DNA of 64,000 bases from Adineta vaga. Lineage: Eukaryota; Animalia; Rotifera. The translations under genes were made by a program, and so were the position numbers. The stretch lies in the NCBI GenBank assembly GCA_021613535.1, contig CP075495.1, positions 124,001-188,000 on the forward strand. Direction: 5' to 3'. Below the pieces are notes generated by a model that was given only the letters and a program-made list of their open reading frames with translations, had not been told where the DNA came from and made no database searches. This document shows, one piece after another, positions 63,541 to 64,000 of the stretch (positions are counted from its first letter, which is position 1; every line of letters begins with the position of its first letter).

Positions 63541-64000
63541 CCCCTTCAAACACAGTTCATTGGTCTGTTAAGAAATTTCTTAACCGTTCAATCACGAACG
63601 ATTTCTTATTTGACAAATCACATGTTTCTTTTCTTTTTTTAAAATTGACAAGCAAGTGAGATATACCACAAAAATCCATCTCATCATTAACTTCAATCTT
63701 CTATACACTCCGAATTATACTAGATGGTTGAACTGGTCAACGATGCATGACACACCCTCAAGTGAATTCGAATCTCACATCCAGTAACATATCTTTTTCT
63801 AACTTTTCTTTTCTTCCTTTCCCTTGTATCCATTTATCTATATATATATATCTTTTTTTCTTCCTCTCCTTTCATCTCGGTCCACTTGATGCCTATAGAA
63901 AAAAGCACAATTATATATGAATAAAACAAAAGCATATCAAGATTTGGGTCAAATCCACTTGAAATGTTAATTAAACAAACGAATAATTTTCTTTTTGGTT

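Noticed and set aside
63560-63600. Hairpin gttaagaaatttcttaac as a second hammerhead
   Set aside because: It resembles stem II but lacks the CUGANGA and GAAA core.

Overview
AT-rich eukaryotic DNA with short GT-AG introns, probably a bdelloid rotifer. That assignment is inferred from a gypsy element with a DEDD-exonuclease ORF3, a Penelope/Athena-type hammerhead and an intronless fungal-type glycosyltransferase. About 59 kb of the window is nested transposons: a Ty3/gypsy LTR element (4143-12202), a Sola-type element, an EnSpm/CACTA-type transposase gene broken into pieces, two hAT-type elements and several non-autonomous elements. The main finding is a recurring two-gene DNA transposon. Three divergent elements with both ends present (A 17055-29766 +, B 30373-47829 -, C 36712-45161 +, nested in an intron of B) each carry a multi-exon P-loop AAA+ ATPase gene (DUF3987/MCM-like by motifs) directly upstream of a CxC-KDZ (Kyakuja-Dileera-Zisupton) transposase gene. 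They share 8-bp target-site duplications, asymmetric 5'-GAG...TG-3' ends and subterminal inverted repeats. A fourth ATPase gene (781-2527) and a probable 591-bp MITE with the same end signature are also present. All four ATPase genes have a phase-1 intron at the same position inside the Walker A motif. Element C looks intact. The right end of the window holds a GT71 mannosyltransferase and an ORF followed by a type I hammerhead ribozyme. Family names rest on motif recognition by eye; no database search was run.
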